DNA of 64,000 nucleotides, taken from assembly GCF_006345805.1 (NCBI RefSeq), contig NC_043005.1:18848001-18912000 (forward strand), written 5' to 3'. Positions 50,531 to 63,227 of this stretch are shown piece by piece. Position 1 is the first letter of the stretch, and each line of letters opens with the position of its first letter. The stretch comes from Octopus sinensis. Taxonomy: Eukaryota. The position numbers and the translations under genes were made by a program. The notes beneath the pieces were generated by a model that saw nothing but the letters and a program-made list of their open reading frames with translations, ran no database searches and was not told the origin of the DNA.

Positions 50531-51249
50531 AAATGTATTAGAGCTAGATATCGCGTTGATACATTTTGTGAGAGTGAGCCTTATCGATTGGTCGTGTAAA
50601 TATGTGTGAGTGTGTGTGTGTGTGTGTTTGTGTGTGTAAGTGTGTGTGTGAGAGAGAGACAGAGAGAGAAGAGGAGAGAGAGAAACAGAGAGAGAAGGGG
50701 AGAGAGAGAGAGAGAAAGAGAGAGATCGTATAGCTCTGTACATTCTCTTACATTTGTAACTATATTTATTTCGAGGCGAAACCAGTTGGTCAAACCAAAG
50801 ATGCAGGTACATTTATCTTCTCTTCCAGAGGAGACAAACTGAATGGAAACATTGTGCACGTTGGCGTTTATAGGCCTGTTCATGTATTAGTTTAATAGCC
50901 ATGTTTATACAGATCTACAATAGGCTGTCTATTTTTCCTCGCTTACTTGCGAGAGAGAGGGCGAACTTCGTGGTGTTTGTATATTTATTTCTGTGCGTAT
51001 TGCTCGCACAAACGTTTTATGAATGAGAGTAAGTTTAAGTATGTGCAGTCAGGAAGACGTTCGTGTGTATGTAAGAAGATGTAATTCGTGTACTTTTATG
51101 AGGCGAAACAATTGGTGCGTCAGTGTTTATTTTCAAGTATTGTTTGGTGGAAGTTATTATGTGTAGGCGGAGAAAACTGCAATAGTATGTGCGGGCATGT
51201 GTTATTTACATTGTTAATGTGGGTACACACGTGTATGTGAATGTAACAC

Positions 51250-51269
51250 GACATATGTATATATATATA

Positions 51270-51311
<42 letters not shown>

Positions 51312-51375
51312 GTATATATATATATACATATGTATATATATATATATATACATATGTATATATATATATATATAC

Positions 51376-51443
<68 letters not shown>

Positions 51444-51559
51444 GTATATATATATATATATATATATACATATGTATATATATATACATATACATATGTA
51501 TATATATATATATATACATATGTATATATATATACATATGTATATATATATATATATAC

Positions 51560-51606
<47 letters not shown>

Positions 51607-51768
51607 CATATGTATGTATATATATATATATACATATGTATATATATATACATATACATATGTATGTATATATATATATATACATATGTATATATATACA
51701 TATGTATATATATATACATATGTGTATATATATATATATATTATATATATATATATATATATACATAC

Positions 51769-51808
<40 letters not shown>

Positions 51809-51817
51809 GCATACATA

Positions 51818-51848
<31 letters not shown>

Positions 51849-51953
51849 ATATATATTTTCAGATATACATGTACATATACATATACACACACCTACTTGT
51901 CTTCTACATGCATACTTTATACATATATATATGTATATATATATATATGTATA

Positions 51954-51997
<44 letters not shown>

Positions 51998-52079
51998 CAG
52001 ATGCATATGTACATATACATGTACACACATCCCTTCTTGTCTTCTACATGCATAATTTATACATATAGATATGTATATA

Positions 52080-52115
<36 letters not shown>

Positions 52116-52125
52116 TATATATACA
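51250..52125. repeat. Very long (TA)n/(TATACATATG) minisatellite with a duplicated cttgtcttctacatgcata flank
   Basis: Seen directly; flank copies near 51896 and 52035. Confidence 0.93.
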
Positions 52126-52422
52126 TAATTTATCATGGTAATGGGTGTGCTTATGTGTGTAGAATCTGGATAGTGTGCATGGAGGCCAATGATTAAGTTC
52201 ACTTGTGTGTATGCGGATACATGGATATATTAGGCTTATGATATCGCCTCAAATGAAAATATACATGTATGTATGTGTCCATTAGTTTGCCTTCGTGTCT
52301 AATGCAGAGTATTAGTGTTTGAGGCATTTGTATATACGTATAACCCGCACAGACATGTATGTATGTGCGTGTATGAGTGTGTCAAGTCCGTAAGGGCGTG
52401 TATGCGTGTATGTGTGTGTATA

Positions 52423-52838
52423 GGCGTAGGAGTGGCTGTGTGGTAAGTAGCTTGCTAACCAACATCATGGTTCCGGGTTCAGTCCCACTGCGTGGCATCT
52501 TGGGCAAGTGTCTTCTGCTATAGCCCCGGGCCGACCAATGCCTTGTGAGTGGATTTGGTAGACGGAAACTGAAAGAAGCCTGTCGTATATATGTATATAT
52601 ATATGTATGTGTGTGTGTATTTGTGTGTCTGTGTTTGTCCCCCTAGCATTGCTTGACAACCGATGCTGGTGTGTTTACGTCTCCGTCACTTAGCGGTTCG
52701 GCAAAAGAGACCGATAGAATAAGTACTGGGCTTACAAAGAATAAGTCCTGGGGTCGATTTGTTCGATTAAAAGCGGTGCTCCAGCATGGCCGCAGTCAAA
52801 TGACTGAAACAAGTAAAAGAGTAAAAGAGAGTAAAGAG
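52423..52838 (+). mobile_element. SINE family B, full length
   Basis: Family motifs. Confidence 0.93.
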
Positions 52839-53256
52839 TATGTATGTGTAGACCAATGTGCGTGCTTGCAACTGTATGTAAATATCGGCTTTTTCCTATT
52901 TGCGTTTCTTTCTGCGTGTGGTATATATATATTTTGGTCTGGTAAAGGTCTTTGTGAATGCGTGTGTGTATATGTGAGAGTTTATGTAGTGAACAGATTG
53001 ATGTATGCATGTGCGAGCGTATGTGTACAGAATGTCTTAGAAGAAGTGTATTTAATGTATGGCGCTTGGATTTATTGTAACAAATGTAGTGTTGAGTCAG
53101 TTATGTGCGAAAATTTGTGTTTGCATGTAAATGATTTATAGTGTTCATATGTGTGAGTGTATGTATGTGTGGTGGGTTATGAGTTTACGTAATGGATATA
53201 GGAACCGTGATGATAGTCGTGTCAATTTGTATGTTTATATATGTGTGTGTGTGTGG

Positions 53257-53297
<41 letters not shown>

Positions 53298-53919
53298 TGT
53301 GTTCATCTTACACTTGATATTGTGTGAACGAGGAAAACATAAAAGTGAGGTAATTAGAACATTTGCTTGCTTTTGCATGTATGAATGCAAGTCATGTACT
53401 GTACTAACTGTTCGTGTGTGTGTCTGTGTCTGTGTGTGTATGTGTGTGTGTGTGTCTGTGTGTGTGTGTGTATGTGTGTGTGTGTGTATGTGTGTGTGTT
53501 AATAGCATGATTTGTATGAAAATAAGTCACGTTTATTGCGTTTGTTCATGTGTATAGGGAATGGAGATATTATTGCGTTTGTATTTATGTGTAGGCCTTA
53601 GTGTGCATCAGATATATAGAAAATGTGTATTTCCTTTGTTACTCTGTTCGAAAAGTCTGAGTATATATGTGTGTAACTTCATGTGTACGAAATATATTTG
53701 ACAACAGAAAACTAATTTGTGTTCTGATTGTTTCTGGTGGTGTGTTTGTATGTATAAGTATTGTTATATATATCAATGTACTTTTAATATTATTTCATGT
53801 CTTCTGTATCATATGTGTAAAACACACCAAGTCACTAAGTTTTAATAAAACTTTAGTTTGAATGAGTAAATGTACATTCTTCATTAAGTAGCTATATTTC
53901 AGGGAATGATTTATCCATT

Positions 53920-54275
53920 ACTAGCACTATGACCCGGCAACGCCGGGTCATAGTGCTAGTGCATGCATATACAGCTGCGTGCGTGCGCACATACACGCGA
54001 GTACTGTCCAAATCTCCAACCAATCACATACAGCTAGCTGGCATTCAATTGGCGTATCAAGTTTTGGGCATTTTGATTGGGTTTTGGGTAGAAAATTCAC
54101 AAAAAAGTCACTTCTATTGATTTTTTAATGGCTTTGCAAGGTGACTGGGGAAATGTAAAGATGTGCACGACCACCTTTGGACGATTTTAAATGACCATAG
54201 AAAGTGCGAGCCCTCTAACTGAAAAATTGTGGATTTGTATAATGGACACACACGCAGGCATTTTGCCGTTTATAT
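53920..54275 (-). mobile_element. Non-autonomous Helitron-like element with a 19-bp perfect terminal palindrome
   Basis: A CTAG|T terminus and hairpin; the far end gccgtttatata is shared with 61335-61718. Confidence 0.6.
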
Positions 54276-54639
54276 ATATGTTTTAAATACATTACCTTTA
54301 AAATGTTACTTTTAATAGCCATAAAGTTAATTTCCTTACAATCGTCAAATGTAAATTGATAATTCTCGAGGAAGCAAAATGGGTATGATCAGTAAAATAT
54401 TTCAGATTCATCCTTGTTAACTTTAAACGGATAATTCTGTTCCGTTATGGAATAATTTCTCATGAAGTATGAATTGTTTTTGTGACATAGCTAAAAGCAA
54501 CTAAATAAATTTATGCAGTTCGGTCTAGAAAAGTCCTGTCTATAAGTAAATCATTTTCTCAAAAAGCCTTATAGTTCGGAAAAAAATTATTCCGATTAGT
54601 AATTTGGACAGTAATATTACTATTATTTTCATTAATCCC

Positions 54640-54880
54640 AGGACATTGCTGTCTGCATTTCTACGGCTCATTGAGCCCGTTGCCCGATTCCGTGGCGTAT
54701 AAGTGTCCAAGAACAAAATATTTATCTTGAACTGTCCGTTGAAAGGTTAATTATTTACCGATGAGTGAACTGGAGCATCCCGAAATGAAGTGTTTTGCTC
54801 AAAAAACACAAGCTACCGTTCGGTTATCGAAATTATGACGTTGCGATCGTAAGTGCATCCCCCAAACCAGTTGGCCAGCG
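54640..54880 (-). mobile_element. Old tRNA-derived SINE (family D-like head)
   Basis: The minus strand reads ggcgctggccaactggtttgggggatgcacttacgatcgc. Confidence 0.55.
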
Positions 54881-56249
54881 CCTTCATTACTGTTATTATA
54901 CGTATTATACAATCATTATTATAATGACGCATTAAAAAGCTTGCTAACAACACACCACTACCTTCATCACTTCATTCTCAATATGAGGTCGGGAAGGTTT
55001 TAATATATATCAATGGCCTAATGGATTTAAGAATGCCACAGTTTCAAACTAATCATATTTAACTAATCAGGAAGTAAACAAATCTGTTTGTTTCTTTTAT
55101 AAAAGTATTAAAACTGGAACATAGCCGTGTCTTTAATACAATATGTTTCAAAGAAATATTGTTCATTATTTAAACAAATATTTATTTATGTGTGTGAGTG
55201 TATGCGTGAATTTGTACGCGGGTGTATGAGAGAGTGAGATAGAGAGAGAAAGACAGAAAGAGATTGGAAGATAATCCTTTGGACTTTATAATAAAAACAA
55301 ACACTGAATAATTAAACAATACGTGACAATGAATAAAAACAAAAGCAAAGAAATTAAAGCCAAGCAAAAGAATATCAGATGGAACGGTTAAGTAAAATAA
55401 TAGACGTACAAATATACAGGAAAGTACGAAGCAAACAGTAAAAGTAATGTGTATAGGTAAAGAATTTCAATTTCGTGAAAATCTATGATGTATACAATTA
55501 TAATGTTATTTGATGTACGATAGTGCTAAGCTGTCAGCTCTACAGATAATGTTCAATAAATTACACTTAAGAACTGAAACTTCGAGGTAGATCTGTTGGC
55601 CAAGCTTATCCAAGCAAAGAATTTATGGAGTAAATATCTCACTCATTCTCCCATAATACTGCACGATTCGCGAGCTGAAATCGTTAAATGAAGTCGGAGG
55701 AGAGAAATAGTTAAGAAAAGCAGATAAAAGTATTAATGACAAAAAAAAGATTAAGAGCAAGAACAAAAAAAGTGGTTATTCTTTCATTGTATATTATTTT
55801 TATTTTTTGTATATTCTAAATCGGCGATAAATATAAGAATGAGAGAAGAAATGGGAAGTTGTGGAAGTTTATGGCCCTTCTGAAGAAAATTAGCGAGATA
55901 GGTGAAAGCGTAACAGTTATAAATGCCTCATTATGGCACTTGTTACACAATAAGGATTTCTCACACGAGGTCGTAGATTTATCGATGACGACTGTGTTTC
56001 ATAGAAACGACGACAGTAAATGACTGCTGCATATTTACTGAACTCGGAAAAAAATTCTTTATGCTGGGATTTGAACATCGAGCACTATGGGTATTTGAAT
56101 TAAACTCTTCACTATTTCAGACAAAGCGTGATATCAGGTAGCCTGTAACAGAAGAAGAAGAAGAACAAGAACAAGACAAGAAGAAGAACAAGAAGAAGAA
56201 CAAGAAGAAGAAGAAGGAGGAGGAGGAGGAGGAGGAGGAGAGTAGAAGA

Positions 56250-56294
<45 letters not shown>

Positions 56295-56324
56295 CAACAA
56301 CAACAACAACAAAAGTAATAATAA

Positions 56325-56465
56325 TTCTTTCTACTATATGCACACAAAGTCTGAAATGTTGGCGGGGAGGTTAGTCGACCTGCAGTGCTCAACTGGTGCC
56401 TATTTTATCGACCCCGAAAGTATGAAAGACAAAGTTGATCTCAGCGGAATTTGAACTCAGAACGT
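56325..56465 (-). mobile_element. SINE family A, partial
   Basis: atcgaccccgaaagtatgaaagacaaagttgatctcagcggaatttgaactcagaacg. Confidence 0.8.
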
Positions 56466-56989
56466 AATACCATTAATAGCATTAATAATGATCATGATGG
56501 TAATAATTCTTGATTCACCGAATAGCTCTAAAATACCTGCTTTTGTTGTTTTATCTTCAAAATATTCTTCAAGGTTTAATTGGAAACTTTGGGTAAAAAG
56601 TGGCGAACATGATGTCTAAAAAGATTAATCTTTCACTAAAAATTTTTAATGCCCAGGAAGATGCTGCGAAGGCAGGCCTTTCGGAGCTATTGGAAGAACT
56701 GAATAGAACGTGCAGAGATGTCAAGAGTGGGGAACACCATCAATCAGTTGATTGTGCTACAATCTTGGAATCTGAAGAAGAGGGTGTTGTATTTAATCTC
56801 TATGGAAACGTATCTCTAACTGACAACAGGGCATTGCGTCATCAGTTGGCGAAGTCACAAAACCATTGGTAACGTTCACTTCAACAGTCACAATTGCAAA
56901 TGTCTCTGTAAACAAGTAATGCTTTGTCTCTGTCAATAAAGGTTAAGGTGAAGAATGAAGCGTTTATTCAACAGTTGTTTGGAGATGAG

Positions 56990-57180
56990 TTTGCTTACAT
57001 GTCTTCAAATATTACAGTTCTATATTTAAGAGATGAGGAATTATGTACATTTGTTTACCTTATTTACATTCCATGGATATTTGTCGTCTTGTTTCGGCTG
57101 ATATACCATCCAGCCCTCATCAGGTGTCTTGGGGAAATTTCGAACCTGGGTTCTCATTCTTAAGGTATTTTTTGATGTTA
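56990..57180 (-). mobile_element. ~170-bp PLE-derived solo pLTR-like unit with a hammerhead core (57091-57128)
   Basis: The minus strand reads GACAC-CTGATGA-G-GGCTG gatggtatat CAGCC-GAAAC; the cleavage site and 3' stem I are deleted in this copy. Confidence 0.7.
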
Positions 57181-57194
57181 TAATAATAATAATA

Positions 57195-57244
<50 letters not shown>

Positions 57245-57245
<1 letters not shown>

Positions 57246-57735
57246 GAGTGAGAGAGCAGTTCATGCCATCAAAGTGACACTGGGGTAAAATATACGAAGC
57301 CCAATATACCCATCATGACTACCCGTCTGATAAAGGTACACCAGGCACATGCATCACAACCATATGTGCGCGACATGGTGATCTCATATCAAGATAAACA
57401 GCACATGACCTTGCAGGTGGGGCCCAGTTAGAATTTTCTTCAGGTTGAGTAGCCCATCCCGCTCAAACGGTCCCTGAATAAGGGTTGTTTAAGGATGTTG
57501 AAAGAACCACCCATGTTTCCAGAGGTGAACTATTCAAACCCCAAAGAATCCCTCTCAACACATGGCTATGATGCTCCCCCACTACTTCTGCTCGTGATCA
57601 GAGATGCACATATCGTCAGCCACTAAGGGACATGCTCAACTGGTTAAGGTCAAACAACTGACAAGCAAATCTGTGGTATTGAGCAGAATATTTGCTGTAG
57701 CCCATCTTTTATACCAAGACAAAACAATGTACATG
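57245..57735 (-). mobile_element. Repeat family E
   Basis: Homologous to 45727-46262. Confidence 0.9.
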
Positions 57736-57762
57736 ATAATAATAATAATAATAATAATAATA

Positions 57763-57814
<52 letters not shown>

Positions 57815-57817
57815 GCC

Positions 57818-57900
57818 CACGGGCATATGGCGTAGTGGTTAAGAGCGCGGGCTCCTAACCCTAAGATTCCGGGTTCGATTCCAAGCAGTGACCTGAACAA
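57818..57900 (+). mobile_element. Short tRNA-like retroposon head
   Basis: A-box tggcgtagtgg and B-box gggttcgattcc; no complete acceptor stem, so not called a tRNA gene. Confidence 0.6.
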
Positions 57901-57904
57901 TATA

Positions 57905-58001
<97 letters not shown>

Positions 58002-58020
58002 ATATATATATACATATATA

Positions 58021-58463
58021 ATGATAAATCTCAGAGCTTGTTATAAACAGTAGCGGTAACACATCGTGATGTTCATATGCCATTTGAATATGGTTAACCC
58101 ATAAGGGTGGATGCTACTGTAGTTTGTAGCCCCAGGAAGATATCTCCTCCAGCTGGCCATAGACACACTATCTGTGTCCTGTCAGTATTTGTGAAGGGGA
58201 GTCATCCTCCCCGTCTTCAACACATGATACACACGTACCCGAGTTTCAAGGTGTTTACCTTTCATCAGCGTGTGACAATCATGGTTGTCGATGAGAAGTC
58301 AGAATTCCCTTCACAAATACATATACTTTTTCCAGTGTCGATTTGACACTGATATTGAAAAAGTGAAATCAAACAATGATAAATCTCAGAGCGAGTTATA
58401 AACAGTAGCGGTAACACATCGTGATGCACATATGCCATTTGAATATGGCTAACCCATAGGGGT
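58021..58463. repeat. ~88-bp direct repeats (58021-58108, 58376-58463) enclosing ~265 bp, between (TA)n arrays
   Basis: atgataaatctcagagc..ttataaacagtagcggtaacacatcgtgatg..catatgccatttgaatatgg.taacccata occurs twice. Confidence 0.85.
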
Positions 58464-58503
<40 letters not shown>

Positions 58504-58509
58504 CATATG

Positions 58510-58674
58510 TACGATGGACTTCTTTCAGTTTCCGTCTACCAAATCCACTCACAAGGCTTTATTCGGCCCGAGGCTATAGTAGACGACACTTGCCCAAGGG
58601 GCCACGCAGTGGGACTGAACCCAGAGCCGTGTGGTTCGTGAGCAAGCTACTTACCACACAGCCACTCTTACGCC
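58510..58674 (-). mobile_element. SINE family B, head portion
   Basis: Family motifs. Confidence 0.88.
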
Positions 58675-59054
58675 TATATATATATATTTGTTTATATTCA
58701 TTTACAGTGTATATTTATTTGTGATTTAAAACAGATTAAGAATACTTATAGACAGGTTCATCATCATGCAACTGTTGAATGATTTGATTGATTATATTGG
58801 GGTAAATTATCTCCTACTAATGTGATGCCAAAATCATTAGTCTTTTTGATACTAAAGTAGATGCGTGCTAAAATATGTGATTTAATGAAACAAGAAATGT
58901 TAGTTGATTAACGAAAATTTTATAATTTTTATGATGAAAATAATCAGTCTAGTTTGCAAAGACATGGGAGACATCTCCAGAATTTAAATTAGGGTAAATT
59001 GTGTGTAGAAAGGAAAGTGGGGGGGATTTGATCAGTAAAAACTTCGTGACAATT

Positions 59055-59151
59055 CTTGACATTATTTACATTGGACGGATATTTGTCCTCATCTTGTTTC
59101 TTGCTAACACAACGTTTCAGCTGACATACCCTCCAGCCTTGTGGAAATTTC

Positions 59152-59153
<2 letters not shown>
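59055..59153 (-). mobile_element. Partial copy of the 170-bp hammerhead unit
   Basis: The minus strand retains GGCTG...CAGCT-GAAAC-GTT-GTGTT but lacks CTGATGA. Confidence 0.7.
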
Positions 59154-59210
<57 letters not shown>

Positions 59211-59214
59211 CAAT

Positions 59215-59660
59215 AATTTCTGCTCAATACCACACATTTGCTTGTCAGCTGTTTGACCGTAACCCGTTGAGCATGTCCTAAGTAGCTGACGGTATGTGCA
59301 TCTCTGATCACGCGTAGAAGTAGTGGGGGAGCATCATAGCCATGTTTTGAGAAGGATTCTTTGGGGTTTTAATAATTCACCTCTGGAAGCATGGGTGTTT
59401 CGTTCAACATCCTTAAACAAACCTTATTCAGGGACCTTTTGAGCCGGATGGGTTACTCGACCAGAAGAAAATTCTAACTGGGACCCATCTGCAAGGTCAT
59501 GTGCTGTTTATCTTAATATGAGGTCACTATGTCGCGCACATATGGTTGTGGTGCGTGTGCCTAGTGTACCCTTATCCGACGAGTAGTCATGATGTGTATA
59601 CTGGGCTTCGTATATTTTATCCCAGTGTCACTTTGATGGCATACACTGCTCTCTCACTCA
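59215..59660 (+). mobile_element. Repeat family E
   Basis: Ends ctgctctctcactc(AAT)n. Confidence 0.9.
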
Positions 59661-59686
59661 ATAATAATAATAATAATAATAATAAT

Positions 59687-59717
<31 letters not shown>

Positions 59718-59793
59718 TAATAATGATAACAATAATAATAATAATAATAATAATGATAACAATAATAATAATAATAACAATAATAATGATAAC

Positions 59794-59858
<65 letters not shown>

Positions 59859-59867
59859 CAACAACAA

Positions 59868-60040
59868 CATTGAAAAATACCTCAGAAATGAGAACCCAGT
59901 TTCGAAATTTCCCCAAGACACGTGATGAAGGCTGGAGGTATATCAGCTGAAACGTGTTAACAACAAACAAGATGAGGACAAAATCCTGTCAAAATGTAAA
60001 TAATGTACATAATTCCTCATCTCCTAAATATAGAACTGAA
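59868..60040 (+). mobile_element. 170-bp hammerhead unit (motif 59917-59958, C3 mutated)
   Basis: GACAC-GTGATGA-A-GGCTG gaggtatat CAGCT-GAAAC-GTGTT. Confidence 0.7.
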
Positions 60041-60286
60041 CTCTCGACATGTTTCAATCTTATATCCACATCAGAGAAGCTAGAAGATAGAGGTTTGTGA
60101 CTGTACACAGTGTGGCGTGGGAGCTTAAAAACGATGACTGGGTGACGTTCCCCAGGTTTTTTCTACCAAGATGGATATATCCTAATAATATAAACGAATT
60201 GATATTATATTTTAGTTGATATATAATCCAAGAATGTGAATTTTAATTCCAGGTGTTCATCAGTTTTTTTTTATAGAGTACAGAGT

Positions 60287-60680
60287 ACTAGCAGTATCGC
60301 CCGGCGTTGCTCGGGTTTGTAAGGGAAATAACTATACAGCATTTTTAGAGAGTTATAGCCAAAAAATAGCAAAAAATGCATTGAAAATGGAAAAAAAATT
60401 ATGGTAATTTTTTTTTAAATCGTTGACTCATCCTAGACATTTTTAGAGAGTTACTTCCCTTATATTTAAAAAAATATGCATTAAAATGGAAAAAAATGAT
60501 GGTAAATTATTTTTAAAATCGTAGACTCATCGTAGATGCGCGCTAATACCCAGAAGGGCTCGATATGAATCACGACTATAAGATAACCGGTTTTGGTTAA
60601 ACTGCACCGCAAATGTGGGAGTAGTTAGGAATCTAAATCGGAGTAGACAGACACACAACCTTACTTTTACATATAAAGAT
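60287..60680 (-). mobile_element. Non-autonomous Helitron
   Basis: The minus strand starts A|TC and ends with the hairpin CCCGAGCAACGCCGGG 8 nt before CTAG|T: canonical Helitron termini and A/T target. Confidence 0.75.
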
Positions 60681-61334
60681 TTAGAATTTAGAATTGTTAA
60701 AGCTTTATATTTGTTTAATTCTATCCTAATGTCAATTTTCATTTCGGATATTATTAATTTGTTGCCGGTTTAATATCCTGACCGGTTGTGACTAGTGAAA
60801 TGCTAACTACGTTTCTCTGTCTTTCAATGAACCCAATGGTTAGTGCTCAGTAGAATCCCGGTCATACCTCGTATTTAATATAGCAGAAAGTAAATTAATT
60901 CAAATTCCCTATTATTCATGAAGTCATATGACACAATTCTACAGCTAGCATTGTTTCATTGTTGAATATAATCCGAAAAACATTAGTACAACGTGAAGGC
61001 GAGGAGGTCGAAGATAAATACAATAACAAAACATCAATATATACAATTTGATCGCATGTAAACCAACCAACAAACCTTAAACTGATTTATATTTCATAGA
61101 TTTTGTTCACAACTGAAATATGAAGCAATATATATAAAATAGTGCTTGAAAGGCTTAGTCGAGATCACATCTGCAGAAACTCAAAGTCTGTTTACAGCAA
61201 GGGACGAATATGTTGATGTCATTCGAAAGGAAAGGTGGTTCGTATGTAAGCCTTATCCTTTGTACTTTAAATTAAAAGACAAGATATTCATACGATAATT
61301 TTTGATCTTCATTGCTACATTTCTTTTATCTTTC

Positions 61335-61718
61335 ACTAGCAGTATCGCCCGGCGTTGCTCAGGTTTGTAAGGGAAATAACTATAAAGCATTTTTAGAGAG
61401 TTATAGCCCAAAAATAGCAAAAAAATGGAAAAAATGATGGTAAGTTTTTTTTGAGAGTAAAAAAAGGTGGAGTTGCGTCCCCTAGACAGTTTGCTGTTTG
61501 TGTTTCTGATTCTTGACCCCATGTCGAATTTATCGATTTTTTTCAGAACTGGGGGAACTTTTCAAAATTTTCGCTGCGTTAGTTTGAATTATGACATTGG
61601 GCTATGTTTGTGTCAAGTTTCATCAGAATCGGTTGAAAGCCGCGGTCAGGGTGAAGGTACAAGCAAACAGACACACAGAAACACGCACAGACAAACTGCC
61701 GTTTATATAGAGAGAGAT
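61335..61718 (-). mobile_element. Non-autonomous Helitron, related copy
   Basis: Shares its first ~100 bp on the plus strand with 60287; the opposite end ...gagagat gives A|TC on the minus strand. Confidence 0.72.
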
Positions 61719-61832
61719 GATGTATGCATACGTACATAATGCACACACACGCACACATACACACACCTATATGTGTTTGTACGTATGCATATATGTATGT
61801 ATATGTATTATGTATATATATGTATGTATGAA

Positions 61833-62165
61833 GGCGCATGGCTCAGTGGTTAGAGCGTCGAGCTTACGATCGTGAGGTTGTGAGCTCGAATCCCGGGCCG
61901 AGCTGCGTGTTGTGTTCTTGAGCAAGGCACTTTATTTCACGTTGCTCCAGTTCACTCAGCTGTAGAAATGAGTTGCGACGTCACTGGTGCCAAGCTGTAT
62001 CGACCTTTGTCTTTCCCTTGGATAACACTGGTGGCGTGGAGAGGGGAGGCTGGTATGCATGGGCGACTGCTGGCCTTCCATAAACAACCTCGCCCGGACT
62101 TGTGTCTAGGAGGGTAACTTTCTAGGTGCAATCCCATGGTCTGTGTCGTGACCGAAGGGGGTCTC
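61833..62165 (+). mobile_element. tRNA-derived SINE (family D-like head, distinct tail)
   Basis: ggcgcatggctcagtggttagagcg...cttacgatc...tcgaatcccggg head and a ttgtgttcttgagcaaggcactt central domain. Confidence 0.85.
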
Positions 62166-62783
62166 CGAAAAAAATGTATGTATGCATTAGTATGAATGCA
62201 TGAATGTATGTCTGAATTAATTATACTCTTTATGTACGTGAATACACATATCCACATATATCATAGTATGTTGTTCGGTATAAAACTTAACTGGTTTTAT
62301 TTTAAAATACCGAATTACTTTGAGCTTAACGATCTGGTAATTTACATCAGTAGAGAGAATCACACCCACCATTCATTATACACGTCACATCCATCCATCC
62401 AACCATCCATCCATCCATACATACATACATACATACAAACATACATACATACATACAAACAAACATACATACATACATACATACATACATACATACATAC
62501 ATACATACATACATACATACATACATACATACATACACGAAAGTAAACACACACAAATAGGAAATTATTGATTGAAAAACAAATCCTTTCCAGTCGATAA
62601 ATTTTCCAAAATATTTCTGGTTGTTTGTTCTAATATACGTAACAGGATGAACAATTATTGATGGGGAAAGTCAGAAACTTGACAAAACAAGTCTTATACA
62701 CAATTTACTGTGGTTGCTTAGTTGTAGTTCCGCCTTCATCTTGCAAACCCATATCCAAATATAAATCTGTAGCGACAAGCCCG

Positions 62784-62874
<91 letters not shown>

Positions 62875-63137
62875 TTCTTTTAATTCTCAGTGTATCCGGG
62901 CTCGAATGAACCAAGGTGACTTTACTCTTTTAAAGACTAAAGTATGTGATTTGATTTCAAAAACAATGTGACTGCTATTTCTATCCAGAAAATCGTGTTT
63001 TCTGTTGGGTGTAACAGCTACAAGGAATACTAGAATGCTGCTAAGGATTTGATCCAGCGGGCAAACCATTCAGCCAGCTCGCCGAGTTGGAAACAACAAT
63101 CATAACAACAACAGCAGCAGCAACAGTAACAATAACA

Positions 63138-63207
<70 letters not shown>

Positions 63208-63227
63208 CATAATAATAATAATAAAAA

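Noticed and set aside
56600-56872. 90-aa ORF MANMMSKK... as a host exon
   Set aside because: There is an in-frame stop immediately upstream, and it weakly resembles a decayed RTE-type APE N-terminus; no support either way.
57818-57900. Possible tRNA gene
   Set aside because: A and B boxes are present but there is no closed acceptor stem, and it sits between microsatellites; treated as a SINE-like head.
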